Virus record (IMG/VR): IMGVR_UViG_3300005747_000263
Location: 10,012-74,011 of that record
Origin: a virus
Length of the DNA: 64,000 nt
Strand: one strand, 5' to 3'
Within the stretch, counting starts at the first letter, position 1. Every line of letters begins with the position of its first letter. Below the pieces are notes generated by a model that ran no database searches, was not told where the DNA came from, and saw nothing but the letters and a program-made list of their open reading frames with translations. The position numbers and the translations under genes were made by a program. Below are positions 8,202 to 17,032 of the stretch, piece after piece.

Positions 8202-8447
8202 CTAAGATTCTTCAAAGGTCCCTTGGACCGACAGTTCCCCGCCACACCACTTGACGCCGTAGGCGAAGCGGTGGCGGTGGAACCGCCGGCCGCCGGGATT
8301 CTGAGCCGCGCCAGACAAGACGGGTACGGAAGGATGGAGGTTGCACGTTGCGACGGTTGTCATTTGGGCCGCCATTTTACACAACCCTTCCGTCGTCAAG
8401 AAGGAGCCCGCAACGGATAGAATCGGTAGGAACCGATACCCATCCAT
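8202..8447 (-). CDS. hypothetical protein (true start may be downstream)
   Basis: GC-rich ORF followed by a pyrimidine tract. Confidence 0.45.
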   Translation of the reverse strand: MDGYRFLPILSVAGSFLTTEGLCKMAAQMTTVATCNLHPSVPVLSGAAQNPGGRRFHRHRFAYGVKWCGGELSVQGTFEES

Positions 8448-8742
8448 CGGTCGTCACACTTCGCACTTCAACCCATCCCTTAACGAAAGATTCACCGGGA
8501 CGGATGAACCCATAATCGGGATGAACCAAGGAGCCGGTACGACCGACCACTTGGGACAATTCAACACCCAAGTTGGCCAGTTGGTCCGGCACTTTTGCCG
8601 CTTCTTCCTGTGCCCACTTGATTTCGTCGCGCATGAGGGCGTAAACCTCCTTTTGGGTCAAGCCTTCTTGACGGGCAACCCACTTCAATTCGTAGTGTTT
8701 GCGCAGTAGTTTGTAGATTTCGCGTTTGTGCATATTGTTCAA
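8377..8742 (-). CDS. hypothetical protein, possible N-terminal HTH
   Basis: LKWVARQEGLTQKEVYALM resembles helix-turn-helix; GGTGA upstream. Confidence 0.55.
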   Translation of the reverse strand: MNNMHKREIYKLLRKHYELKWVARQEGLTQKEVYALMRDEIKWAQEEAAKVPDQLANLGVELSQVVGRTGSLVHPDYGFIRPGESFVKGWVEVRSVTTDGWVSVPTDSIRCGLLLDDGRVV

Positions 8743-8817
8743 ATCCTGGTCACCGCGCCTTTCCGCGCCTGTCGCGACCGTATGGAGGGAAGAAGGGGAA
8801 AAGGGACCGGAGTCGGT

Positions 8818-9159
8818 CTAAGCGTCCAAGGACAGGCTAAGGAGTGCGTAAGCCTGTTCCTTAGTGTGTCCAGCGTCTTGAAGGGCCGCGATAGCCACTT
8901 CGTGCTGAGCCGCTTTGCGGCTTTCAATGGCCGCTTCTTGAGCGCGGACAAACCGGCCCGCTTCTTCAATCCCGGCACCGAACGCTTCTTGGGCCGCCAT
9001 GAGGAACACGTCTTGAGCCTGTTCCATCAAGTCGTTCGACTTGGAGTAGTCGGCCGCCTTGAAAGCGTCCGAAGCACGGCGAAGAAGGCCCTTGGCGGTT
9101 TCAACAGCCGTGTTTAGGCCGGAGGCGGTGGTTTGTTGTGGTGGTTGGTATTTTGCCAT
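8818..9159 (-). CDS. hypothetical alpha-helical protein
   Basis: 113 aa, Ala-rich; TATA element upstream; hairpin plus pyrimidine tract downstream (8787-8817). Confidence 0.65.
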   Translation of the reverse strand: MAKYQPPQQTTASGLNTAVETAKGLLRRASDAFKAADYSKSNDLMEQAQDVFLMAAQEAFGAGIEEAGRFVRAQEAAIESRKAAQHEVAIAALQDAGHTKEQAYALLSLSLDA

Positions 9160-9221
9160 TTTTGGTTATCCCGCCGGACCGGGTCCCGCCCAGTTCGACA
9201 AAGAAGCCATTATCGCCGATA

Positions 9222-9233
9222 GTATATAACCCT
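9222..9233 (-). promoter_or_regulatory. archaeal TATA box candidate
   Basis: AGGGTTATATAC on the minus strand ~60 nt upstream of the ATG at 9159. Confidence 0.5.
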
Positions 9234-9261
9234 ATACGGTAAGCCCAATACGTCCAGATTT

Positions 9262-9320
9262 CAGTATGGTGCAGTAAGAATCAGCACCATTCAGTACCAT
9301 GCAGAACCATGCAGTATGGG
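9262..9320. repeat. 10-bp tandem repeat (CAG at exact 10-bp spacing, six copies)
   Basis: CAG at 9262, 9272, 9282, 9292, 9302, 9312. Confidence 0.7.
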
Positions 9321-9409
9321 AACCCGTCACTCTGAATCGCCGGACCCGGCGCCGCCGTGGTAAGGTCCATATGCGCCGTCGGGAAAATTGGAATTTTTTT
9401 AGAATCAAA

Positions 9410-9557
9410 TAATTACTCCTGTATCTAAAGATAGAGATAATTACCCCTGTGTCCAGGGACTAAGATAATTACTCCTGTGTCTAAAGACTAAGTTAATTAC
9501 CCCTATGTCCTAGGACGAAGTTAATTACTTCTGTGTCCAGTGTTGGTGGTAATTTTT
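9410..9557. repeat. 28-bp tandem array TAATTACYCCTGT-[palindrome]-TAAG
   Basis: Units start at 9410, 9438, 9466, 9494, 9522 and a degenerate one at 9550. Confidence 0.9.
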
Positions 9558-9653
9558 CCCGCTCGATGGGTAATTATCTTTGCTTGGTGATGGGTTTAAC
9601 GTATTTAAGTGAAGGCTTGGTTTTTGATTCACGATTATTTTTATTGGTAATTT

Positions 9654-10013
9654 ATGGAACTTAAGAAGGTTAGTCTTGGGGGGCACATTTTGTGTCCGGC
9701 GTTTTCGTTTAGCGGGGAGGGTGCTTTGCGGTGCGCGGCGAATTTGGCGCGGTCGTATGGGATTGTTGTTCCTGAGTTTGTTTGTGCGGATGGTGCTGTC
9801 CTTGATTTGTTTTGTGATGGCGAGTTTTTGGTGTTGAATTTTTTGTCGGGGGAGCAATTAATTTTTGGTGACTTAATTTTTGGTCACGAGTTTAATGGTG
9901 ATTTGAATAGGAACATTGATGTTTACTCTTTACTTTTTGGGTCGGGTTTGGCTTTTTCTTTTCTTGATGAGTGTTATGTTTGCGGTGAGGTTAGGGGGAG
10001 GCATTTTAAGTGA
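9654..10013 (+). CDS. hypothetical protein
   Basis: 119 aa, GTGA-coupled to the next ORF; first gene of the plus-strand block. Confidence 0.45.
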   Translation: MELKKVSLGGHILCPAFSFSGEGALRCAANLARSYGIVVPEFVCADGAVLDLFCDGEFLVLNFLSGEQLIFGDLIFGHEFNGDLNRNIDVYSLLFGSGLAFSFLDECYVCGEVRGRHFK

Positions 10014-10339
10014 TACTGGATTATAAGCGTGAGTCTTTGATGGCTTTTATTACGTCGGCGATTGGTTCTGCTAAGGTGGAGCGGATGTGGCCGCGCGTGG
10101 ACCGGCTCGTGATTATGTGGCAGCAATGTAATGAGTTGTCGGGTTGGTTGGAGGAGAACGTGGATTTGATTGGTTCTAAGGAGTATAAGGAGAACGTGAC
10201 TTCTTTGAATGCGTTGCTTCAGAATACGCGGAACTTGGAGAATGACCTCGCGGTGTTTGAGGAGCGGCGCGCTGGGGTGGATGATTCGGCGGATTTACTT
10301 TCTTCGTTGGGTCTCGGTAGTGGTAAGAAGGAGGTTTAA
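10010..10339 (+). CDS. putative terminase small subunit
   Basis: Helical 109-aa protein shortly upstream of TerL; position-based call. Confidence 0.4.
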   Translation: MILDYKRESLMAFITSAIGSAKVERMWPRVDRLVIMWQQCNELSGWLEENVDLIGSKEYKENVTSLNALLQNTRNLENDLAVFEERRAGVDDSADLLSSLGLGSGKKEV

Positions 10340-10340
10340 T

Positions 10341-10613
10341 ATGGATAATAATGAGATTAGGTTTACATTGTCAGATAAGCAACGAGAATTGTTAGAAATG
10401 CATTTTGGTCCTGAGTATGGATTAATGCTTAGTGATAGAGTATTACATTTATTGACGGATATTCTTGTACAGAAGAGTAAGCAAGTTACTTATCCTTCGG
10501 ACCCACGGGTTTTTGATTTCGAGAAATCAAGGGATGGAACGAGCCCTATGGTTAATCCTTGGGATTGGACTATTACTTGCAATCAAGAAATTCCAATGAC
10601 TAGTATTTGTTAG
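10341..10613 (+). CDS. hypothetical protein
   Basis: Likely start MDNNEIRF at 10341 after GGAGG. Confidence 0.55.
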   Translation: MDNNEIRFTLSDKQRELLEMHFGPEYGLMLSDRVLHLLTDILVQKSKQVTYPSDPRVFDFEKSRDGTSPMVNPWDWTITCNQEIPMTSIC

Positions 10614-10622
10614 GTGCAATGA

Positions 10623-12458
10623 GTGGGTGGTAAGTTGTATGCGGCGGTTCATGATGGCTTCATGTTTGCGAGGCAAGTCAGCGATGCACTTCATAAACTG
10701 GATGCCGTTAATGATGTAACCATGAAGGGGCGCATTAATCGCCTCAAGTTTTTGAATGAGTTGCCCGTCGAAGTTAGGGAGGCGCTCCCTAGCGATGTGC
10801 AGCTTGGTTTGGAATTGAATCCTGACTTGGATACGATGTTCCTTCACCCGGAGGACCCCATGCGGGGCATTGTCGTGTCTTTTGTGGCGCGATACATTGG
10901 TAATCCGTGGAGTAACACGGAAGCGTTTGAACTGAATGACCTTCAATTAAAGATTCTTGTTTATGCACTTAGCAGTCGTTCCCTTGGTGTGCTTGCCCCC
11001 CGTGGTGTCGGAAAGTCAGTTGCTCTTGCACTCGCTGCCCTCATTTGGTGTTTCTTCTGTGCCATTGGGGAAGACGCGTTCATTATTGCTCCTACCACGA
11101 ATCAAACCGACAAAGTGTTTGCATACATTACCGACTTTATTAAAGTCGGAAAGAATAACTTCTTAATGGATGGGGACCCTAACATTGGGTACGAGGGCAT
11201 TGGTAGTATTCGTTTTGGTCAGAAACCCATGATTCACTGGCGACAGGGGTCGAGGTTGAGACCGGCGTGTGCTTCGCGCAACAATAAGGGTGAGACGATA
11301 CGGGGGCAGCAGCCTACGTTTGCGTTGCTGGATGAATCCAGTTACATTCTCGATGACATTTACACGAAGACGTTGAAGAGCGGTTTGGTTAGTAATCGGA
11401 GCGACCACGAGATTCCAATCATTGAATCTGGGACGCCTGACGCGAAGAATCACTTCTACGACTTGTTCCATAACCCGAAGATGTACAAGGAGTACATGAA
11501 GATTCACTTCGATTACGAGGACGGGATTAGGGCGGGGCGGTATACCCGCGAGAACATTGAGAAGATTATTAACGAGACTCCCGGCGGGAAGGAATCCATT
11601 GAGTTCCAATCGGAGTACATGTGTAAGTTCCCAGAGGGTGCCATGTCGTTCTTTAAGAATCTCGAATACACTTTTAGCGGGGAACACATTGAGTCGGCAC
11701 CCCTACCCGGGGTAACATACGTTGCTGGTCTCGACTTGGGTCAGAAGCAGGACAGTACCGTGTTAACTATTGGTCGGTATAGTATTGAGGATGATGGGGA
11801 CCACATTGATGTGGTTTATATTCTCGAATTGAATCCGGTTCAAGAATTGACGTATCCTCAACAGTATGCATTGATTTGTGATGAATTGAATCGGTGGCGG
11901 GTTCAGTCGTGCTGGGTTGACTTTACTGGACCCGGTATTCCCATTTATCAGTCATTGGAGACACTGGTTAGGTCTAGTTGTCCTACCGTGACGTTTATTC
12001 CTTTCAGTTTCCAGTCGAATACTAAGTATCCGAACTTCGAGAAACTGCGTTTGTACTTGCAGAATCGTCCTACGCCGCGCATCCGGTACCCGAAACTGGA
12101 TGATAATCGCGTGATGAATCACCCTAAGTTTAAGGAATTCCAGAAAGCGAAGGGTGAATTCGTGGATATTGTTCAGAAGCGCACGAATAGTGCGAATGAA
12201 AAGAACAAGTGGAAGGTTGAGCCGGCGCGTTCCCGTGGTCACGACGACTACGTAGCGAGTTGCATCTGCCTTTGTCAGGCGATTAATGAGTCGTATTCTG
12301 GTGGCGGAGTGGCAAATGCTGTCGAAAAACAGCGCAATGTTGCACAAAGAAAGGTTTCAAGTGCCTCTGCGACGACGGCCGGGCGCGCTTTAGGCATCCG
12401 AGGAGGCAATAGTATAAATAGGGGAAGAGGGCATAGTAATATATGGAGGAAAGTATAA
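10623..12458 (+). CDS. terL: terminase large subunit
   Basis: Walker A APRGVGKS, IIAPTTNQ, Walker B ALLDES, coupling motif SGTP, EYMCKF, nuclease GLDLG..QDST and HDD. Confidence 0.95.
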   Translation: MGGKLYAAVHDGFMFARQVSDALHKLDAVNDVTMKGRINRLKFLNELPVEVREALPSDVQLGLELNPDLDTMFLHPEDPMRGIVVSFVARYIGNPWSNTEAFELNDLQLKILVYALSSRSLGVLAPRGVGKSVALALAALIWCFFCAIGEDAFIIAPTTNQTDKVFAYITDFIKVGKNNFLMDGDPNIGYEGIGSIRFGQKPMIHWRQGSRLRPACASRNNKGETIRGQQPTFALLDESSYILDDIYTKTLKSGLVSNRSDHEIPIIESGTPDAKNHFYDLFHNPKMYKEYMKIHFDYEDGIRAGRYTRENIEKIINETPGGKESIEFQSEYMCKFPEGAMSFFKNLEYTFSGEHIESAPLPGVTYVAGLDLGQKQDSTVLTIGRYSIEDDGDHIDVVYILELNPVQELTYPQQYALICDELNRWRVQSCWVDFTGPGIPIYQSLETLVRSSCPTVTFIPFSFQSNTKYPNFEKLRLYLQNRPTPRIRYPKLDDNRVMNHPKFKEFQKAKGEFVDIVQKRTNSANEKNKWKVEPARSRGHDDYVASCICLCQAINESYSGGGVANAVEKQRNVAQRKVSSASATTAGRALGIRGGNSINRGRGHSNIWRKV

Positions 12459-12727
12459 TGCCCACTTACACTAAAACCCCGATGGACACTTCATTCTTAG
12501 ATGGAGTAGACCCAGAAGTTATCCACTTATATTACATCAACCGAGGCGTGTTCCTTGACGGAGCAATGGGACACATCCCATGGGCTTTGGTTGCAAACAT
12601 TTACGGACCAACAAAATCCGTAATGAATGAATCAGAGGATGGTAGTAAAACCATCCGATATACAATTGATATTGACTGCGTTATTCCTGCCGAGGAGCCA
12701 GAGAATGTACCAGAAAATAAAGATTAA
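12458..12727 (+). CDS. hypothetical protein
   Basis: Likely start MPTYTK at 12458 (TAATG overlap with TerL). Confidence 0.55.
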   Translation: MPTYTKTPMDTSFLDGVDPEVIHLYYINRGVFLDGAMGHIPWALVANIYGPTKSVMNESEDGSKTIRYTIDIDCVIPAEEPENVPENKD

Positions 12728-12728
12728 T

Positions 12729-13070
12729 ATGTCCGATAAAGTAGAACCCAAGAAGTTAAAACCGCGCCATAGTAAATTGGTGTGTAAAGATTGTAAAGAA
12801 GAATTCTATGGGTTTTGCAAGAGACATCGATGTAATGAATGCGATGTTGAATACAAGAAAGAATGGAGGCGGAATTATCACCGTAAAGACATGTTCAAGC
12901 GAAGACAAGAAAAATACAACGAAAGAAGTTTCAGCGACATTGAATACCTGAAAGACAATTACATGGTCGGATTGGGTACTATTAAGTTCAGTGAATTCGA
13001 CGGAGACTTCGAAAAAGAATGGCGTGTAATCCGTGCGATGGCACGGGGAATTATTACTCGGGACGAGTAG
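12729..13070 (+). CDS. Zn-finger protein
   Basis: CKDC...C...CNEC followed by a basic helix; likely start MSDKV at 12729. Confidence 0.6.
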   Translation: MSDKVEPKKLKPRHSKLVCKDCKEEFYGFCKRHRCNECDVEYKKEWRRNYHRKDMFKRRQEKYNERSFSDIEYLKDNYMVGLGTIKFSEFDGDFEKEWRVIRAMARGIITRDE

Positions 13071-13078
13071 TTATACAC

Positions 13079-13088
13079 GTTTAACATA
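13079..13088 (+). promoter_or_regulatory. putative late promoter motif GTTTAACATA
   Basis: Identical 10-mer upstream of the portal, the tail tube (26031) and the 38418 ORF (38342). Confidence 0.55.
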
Positions 13089-13110
13089 AAAATGTGAGGA
13101 TTAGGCATAG

Positions 13111-14334
13111 ATGGCTAAAGATGATTTAGGACAGGCGAAAGGTAAGGTATCTTTTGCCGCAAATGCCTTCTCTGGTGGACAGCGAACAGGCATCGCCGTT
13201 GAGCCTATTGGCGACCTCGACCAGTTTTTGAAACTGTACGTCACCACTAAGCAAATCCAGAAACTCATTGACTTCAAAACGAATTACATCGTCAAGGACG
13301 GGTACTTCATTAGTAGTCGAGACGAGGAAGGTAAGGCAAAGGCTGAAGAGTTCTTCAACACCCTGCCAATCCTAGATATCATTCGTAGCTGGTCTAAATT
13401 CTCAATGGTATATGGCGCCGGGTACTTGGAGTATACGGGGAACAATCTAGTCCCCCGTGACTCCCGTGCCATTGTCCCATATATCGATGAAGAGGGTAAT
13501 GGAGAAATTCTCCAGTACGTTCAAGAACTCGGTAATAACGAATCGGAATACCCCGAGTTTGACCCAGAAGACATGCTTGTTCTTCTAAACAATCCAATCG
13601 ACCATATTCGCGGCTTAAGTGAATTACTCGGTATCGAAGAGATTACTAATCTCGACTACCAAGCCATGGAAGATATCAGTGCTACCCTGAATAGGTCGGC
13701 GTATAACCGCACTATTTACAAGGTTGGCACACACGAACGCCCCGTTAGCTTAGAAAGCGATACGTTTATTAACACGCGAGACGCTATCGAGGGACTTCGC
13801 CCCGGTGAAGACTTAGTTGTCAACAGCGATGTTGAAGCTAAACCTCTCGACAATGCGCGTGTAGGAATGGATTACAAGGCATACATGGACCTCATTAATG
13901 AGCGCATGTGCATGTTCCTTGGCGTCCCCTTCGACGTATTCTTCGGTAGTGGTAGTGGAGATACCATTACTCAGCGTCGATTACTTTTCGAGGAGGCAGA
14001 AATCATGCCTCGTCGAAGACAACTCGAAGACTTAATCAATCGGGAGTTAATCCCACGCATTGTTACTGTCAACCCTGAAGAACCAGTTGAGTTTAAATTC
14101 GGAGACATTAACATTGAAATGGCATTCATCCAGTCCAAGAGAGACTTGGTTGAACTCCAAACCGGCTCTAAGACTGCGGACGAACACCGCATCGAAAAAG
14201 GTCGAGACCCCCTCGGTGATGCAGCCGTACCGGGCAACACTAATCAACAAATTCCAATCTCTTCAAGAGATGAAACCGCAACCAGCACTATTGGTGGAAA
14301 CCTAACTGGTCAACGTGATTCCCCTGAACAGTAA
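13111..14334 (+). CDS. portal protein
   Basis: Position after TerL; VYGAGYLE, RGLSEL, LGVP, I.PRRRQLEDLINRELI, TADEHR..G.DPL portal-like motifs. Confidence 0.88.
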   Translation: MAKDDLGQAKGKVSFAANAFSGGQRTGIAVEPIGDLDQFLKLYVTTKQIQKLIDFKTNYIVKDGYFISSRDEEGKAKAEEFFNTLPILDIIRSWSKFSMVYGAGYLEYTGNNLVPRDSRAIVPYIDEEGNGEILQYVQELGNNESEYPEFDPEDMLVLLNNPIDHIRGLSELLGIEEITNLDYQAMEDISATLNRSAYNRTIYKVGTHERPVSLESDTFINTRDAIEGLRPGEDLVVNSDVEAKPLDNARVGMDYKAYMDLINERMCMFLGVPFDVFFGSGSGDTITQRRLLFEEAEIMPRRRQLEDLINRELIPRIVTVNPEEPVEFKFGDINIEMAFIQSKRDLVELQTGSKTADEHRIEKGRDPLGDAAVPGNTNQQIPISSRDETATSTIGGNLTGQRDSPEQ

Positions 14335-14343
14335 GGAGACAAT

Positions 14344-15585
14344 ATGACAGAACATACAATTAACCCTGTTGTTGAGACCGTATTAGCTACGCTTCGGAAG
14401 GGCAATAAGAATGCCAGCGAGGAAGACTTAGTGTCTCTTGCTGAAATTATTATGGCTGACGCCGAAGGGCGACATCAAGAAGTAGCTGGCTTCTATAACA
14501 AACCCAGCAAAACTCTCTCTAGTAAAGACTTCGGTGAAATGATTACCGATGGCGGAGAGATTATTAACATTCCAGAGAAAAAGCTCAAGTGGAAGGTTGC
14601 CGACACAGATACTATTTTTCTGCCTAATTCCAACGGCGACGCTGAAGCTTTTGCTTTCGACCCCTTAACCCTTGAAAAGTTAGGGGCGAAACTAGAAGGT
14701 ATCCCCGTAGTGATTGGCGGTGAGGGACATGATTCCGAACTACCAATGGCTGCATTTACCGGCGACTACGAAGTTGTCGAAGAAACAACCGATACCGGTA
14801 AAAAGATTAAGGTGCTCTATCAGTGGTCCAAGCTTCGCTCTGACGAAGACAGTCCTATTGATTTTGAATCCTTAGTAAAAAATCCTGTATGGGATATTAA
14901 CGGGGGCGAGCATTCATTGAATGGTTCTCTTCGTTTTACTTCAAGAGACATTCCGTATTACTACGGCGATGGTTCTAAGGTTAATTACATGACGAGCCCA
15001 GTGCCAATCCATTATGCAGGAGTTGATTCTCCTGTTATTAGGGGTGCCGGTTTAGTCGAAAAGAATTTTGGTGAAATTATGACTAAAGAAGTTGAAACAC
15101 CCGAAGCTAAGGCTCCGGTAGTCGATGCTCCCGATGTTACTGCACAAGTGAAGGAAATGCTGGCCGAAAAGCTTGGCGCCCTCGATATCGCCGCCCTCGT
15201 TAAAGAAGGCGCCGTTGCCGAGATTACGGCCCAAGTCGTTAAGGCTGTCGCAAATCCCGAAGTTATTGCTCGCTCCGAGTATGAAGCAGTTCTCAAGGAA
15301 CGCGACGAATTAATTGAAGCTAGAGAGACTGCCGAACTTGACGGTCTTCGCAACGAGATTGTTGACAAATCCCTTGGTGCAGATGCATCCGAGGAAGATG
15401 TCGCAGCTTTCGTTGAAGACATTAAGAGTTTCGGTAAGACTGAACTCCAAGGCATTCTTCGCGGCCTAACTCTGGCCGCCGAGAAAACTGCAGACGCCCC
15501 CGCCGAAAAGAAAAACTTCGGCAAGGGCAAGGTGGATACCGCTAACCCTGAAAAGAAGCGTAAGTTCCCCCAAATCCAAATCTAA
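14344..15585 (+). CDS. prohead protease/scaffold fusion
   Basis: Between portal and capsid genes; N-terminal protease-like region (GH, GS, P...GA) and acidic coiled-coil C-terminus; possible internal start at 15079. Confidence 0.7.
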   Translation: MTEHTINPVVETVLATLRKGNKNASEEDLVSLAEIIMADAEGRHQEVAGFYNKPSKTLSSKDFGEMITDGGEIINIPEKKLKWKVADTDTIFLPNSNGDAEAFAFDPLTLEKLGAKLEGIPVVIGGEGHDSELPMAAFTGDYEVVEETTDTGKKIKVLYQWSKLRSDEDSPIDFESLVKNPVWDINGGEHSLNGSLRFTSRDIPYYYGDGSKVNYMTSPVPIHYAGVDSPVIRGAGLVEKNFGEIMTKEVETPEAKAPVVDAPDVTAQVKEMLAEKLGALDIAALVKEGAVAEITAQVVKAVANPEVIARSEYEAVLKERDELIEARETAELDGLRNEIVDKSLGADASEEDVAAFVEDIKSFGKTELQGILRGLTLAAEKTADAPAEKKNFGKGKVDTANPEKKRKFPQIQI

Positions 15586-15597
15586 AGGTGAATAAAT

Positions 15598-15981
15598 ATG
15601 GTTAGAACAAATGGACCCATTCTCCAAAACGGCGACATCGCGGGAACCGCTGGCGAAGCACTCGATGCTTACGACCACGTTTCCTACGAAGCTGTTACGG
15701 GAGACATTGTTAAAGCAACTGCTGGCTCTGTCGCTATCGGCTACGTCGATAAGGCTTACGCTGACGGTGAAGAAGAAGTTAGCGTTCTCCGCTTCCAAGA
15801 CCGCAAGCGCCCCGCTGTTGCCGGTGCCACCAACGTTGGTGTCATCGCTATCGGTGCCCCTGTCGCAGTTGACGCTGACGGCAAGGCTCGCGTCGGTGTT
15901 GTTGGAACTGATTACCTCGTCGGTGTTGCTGCTACGGCTTCCGCTGCAGAAGGCGACGAACTCGAAGTTGAGGCTCTCTGA
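15598..15981 (+). CDS. capsid cement/decoration protein (DUF2190-like)
   Basis: Small Ala/Gly/Val-rich protein before the MCP; IAIGAPVAVDADGKA...VGVA..A.AEGD pattern; GGTGA RBS. Confidence 0.8.
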   Translation: MVRTNGPILQNGDIAGTAGEALDAYDHVSYEAVTGDIVKATAGSVAIGYVDKAYADGEEEVSVLRFQDRKRPAVAGATNVGVIAIGAPVAVDADGKARVGVVGTDYLVGVAATASAAEGDELEVEAL

Positions 15982-15991
15982 GGCGATTTAA

Positions 15992-16948
15992 ATGGTTAAA
16001 GGTATGCACACAGAAGCAGATTACGATGAATTCCTTCAAGAAGTCATTGCCCCTGCTGTAGAAGATTTCAAAATTACGAACGCCGATGCTCTCATCGGCC
16101 TCATGACTTTCCGTCACCCCATCACTCCCGGTCGCGATGGCTTTAAGATTCCGGTCTTGAAGCGCGGCGATGACGTTGTTCAACGTCTCGGCGAGTTTGG
16201 TCGTGCCGCGTACATGAAGAGTGACCGCGATGAACTCGAATTCGCCGCTGAACGCTACGGTATTTCCGTCGCATTCACCGAAGATGCCCTAGCTCGCGCT
16301 CTCGATGAAGGCGTTGTGGACCCCATCCAGAACGAACTCCGCCATGCTCGTCTCTTAATGAGCGACAAGTACGGCGCAACCATCAAAACCCCCGTCATTT
16401 CTGGCTGGGGTGACGCCGAGGATGCTCCCAAGTACGCCGACCGCACGTTTGCCAACCACAGCCACCTGATTAACGACGGTGGCACTGGTGACGGTGACCT
16501 GCAAGGCGATGCCCAGCATTTCCCTGAGAATGCCGCCAACACTGACGAAGTTCTTCGTCTCTCCACGATTCGTGGAGCCAAGAGCCACGTTAGCGAACAC
16601 GGCCAAGCCCCTGACACCATGATTGTCAGCGACTTCGGTCTCAACGACATTCTTACCCTGCTCGAAACCCAAGGTGTCGGTAGCCCACTGCTCCCTGCCA
16701 CCATTGAGGGCAGTGTCGGTCGTCTCTACGGTATGAACATTTTCGTCACTCCCTGGATGAATGACAACACGTTCGTTATCGTTGACAGTCGTCAAAAACC
16801 CATTGTGTTCGGTGAACGCGAGTCCCTAGAACTCCGCACGGAACGCAACCTGCTTGAGCGCAAGTGGGATGGTCAAATGATGGCTGCGTGGGTGTTCGGT
16901 ATGGTCCACAAGTGGGCCGGTATCGCTGTCACCTACGACTCTCCGTAA
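15992..16948 (+). CDS. major capsid protein (HK97 fold)
   Basis: Position; RYG.SV.FT.DAL, PDTMIVS, GRLYGMNIFVTPWM; strong codon bias; terminator follows. Confidence 0.88.
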   Translation: MVKGMHTEADYDEFLQEVIAPAVEDFKITNADALIGLMTFRHPITPGRDGFKIPVLKRGDDVVQRLGEFGRAAYMKSDRDELEFAAERYGISVAFTEDALARALDEGVVDPIQNELRHARLLMSDKYGATIKTPVISGWGDAEDAPKYADRTFANHSHLINDGGTGDGDLQGDAQHFPENAANTDEVLRLSTIRGAKSHVSEHGQAPDTMIVSDFGLNDILTLLETQGVGSPLLPATIEGSVGRLYGMNIFVTPWMNDNTFVIVDSRQKPIVFGERESLELRTERNLLERKWDGQMMAAWVFGMVHKWAGIAVTYDSP

Positions 16949-16960
16949 GACTAAAAAATT

Positions 16961-17004
16961 AGGAGCTTAAAACACTCCTTTTCCTTTTCCCTTTCTCCCT
17001 TTTT
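16961..17004 (+). terminator. hairpin plus pyrimidine tract after the MCP
   Basis: AGGAG...CTCCT then TTTCCTTTTCCCTTTCTCCCTTTTT. Confidence 0.65.
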
Positions 17005-17032
17005 ATACCCCTTACGTTGAGAGTGACTTAGC

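Noticed and set aside
9410-9557. 28-bp array as a CRISPR or TIGR guide array
   Set aside because: No unique spacers; variable positions are confined to a symmetric dyad; no Cas effector or Nop-domain gene recognised
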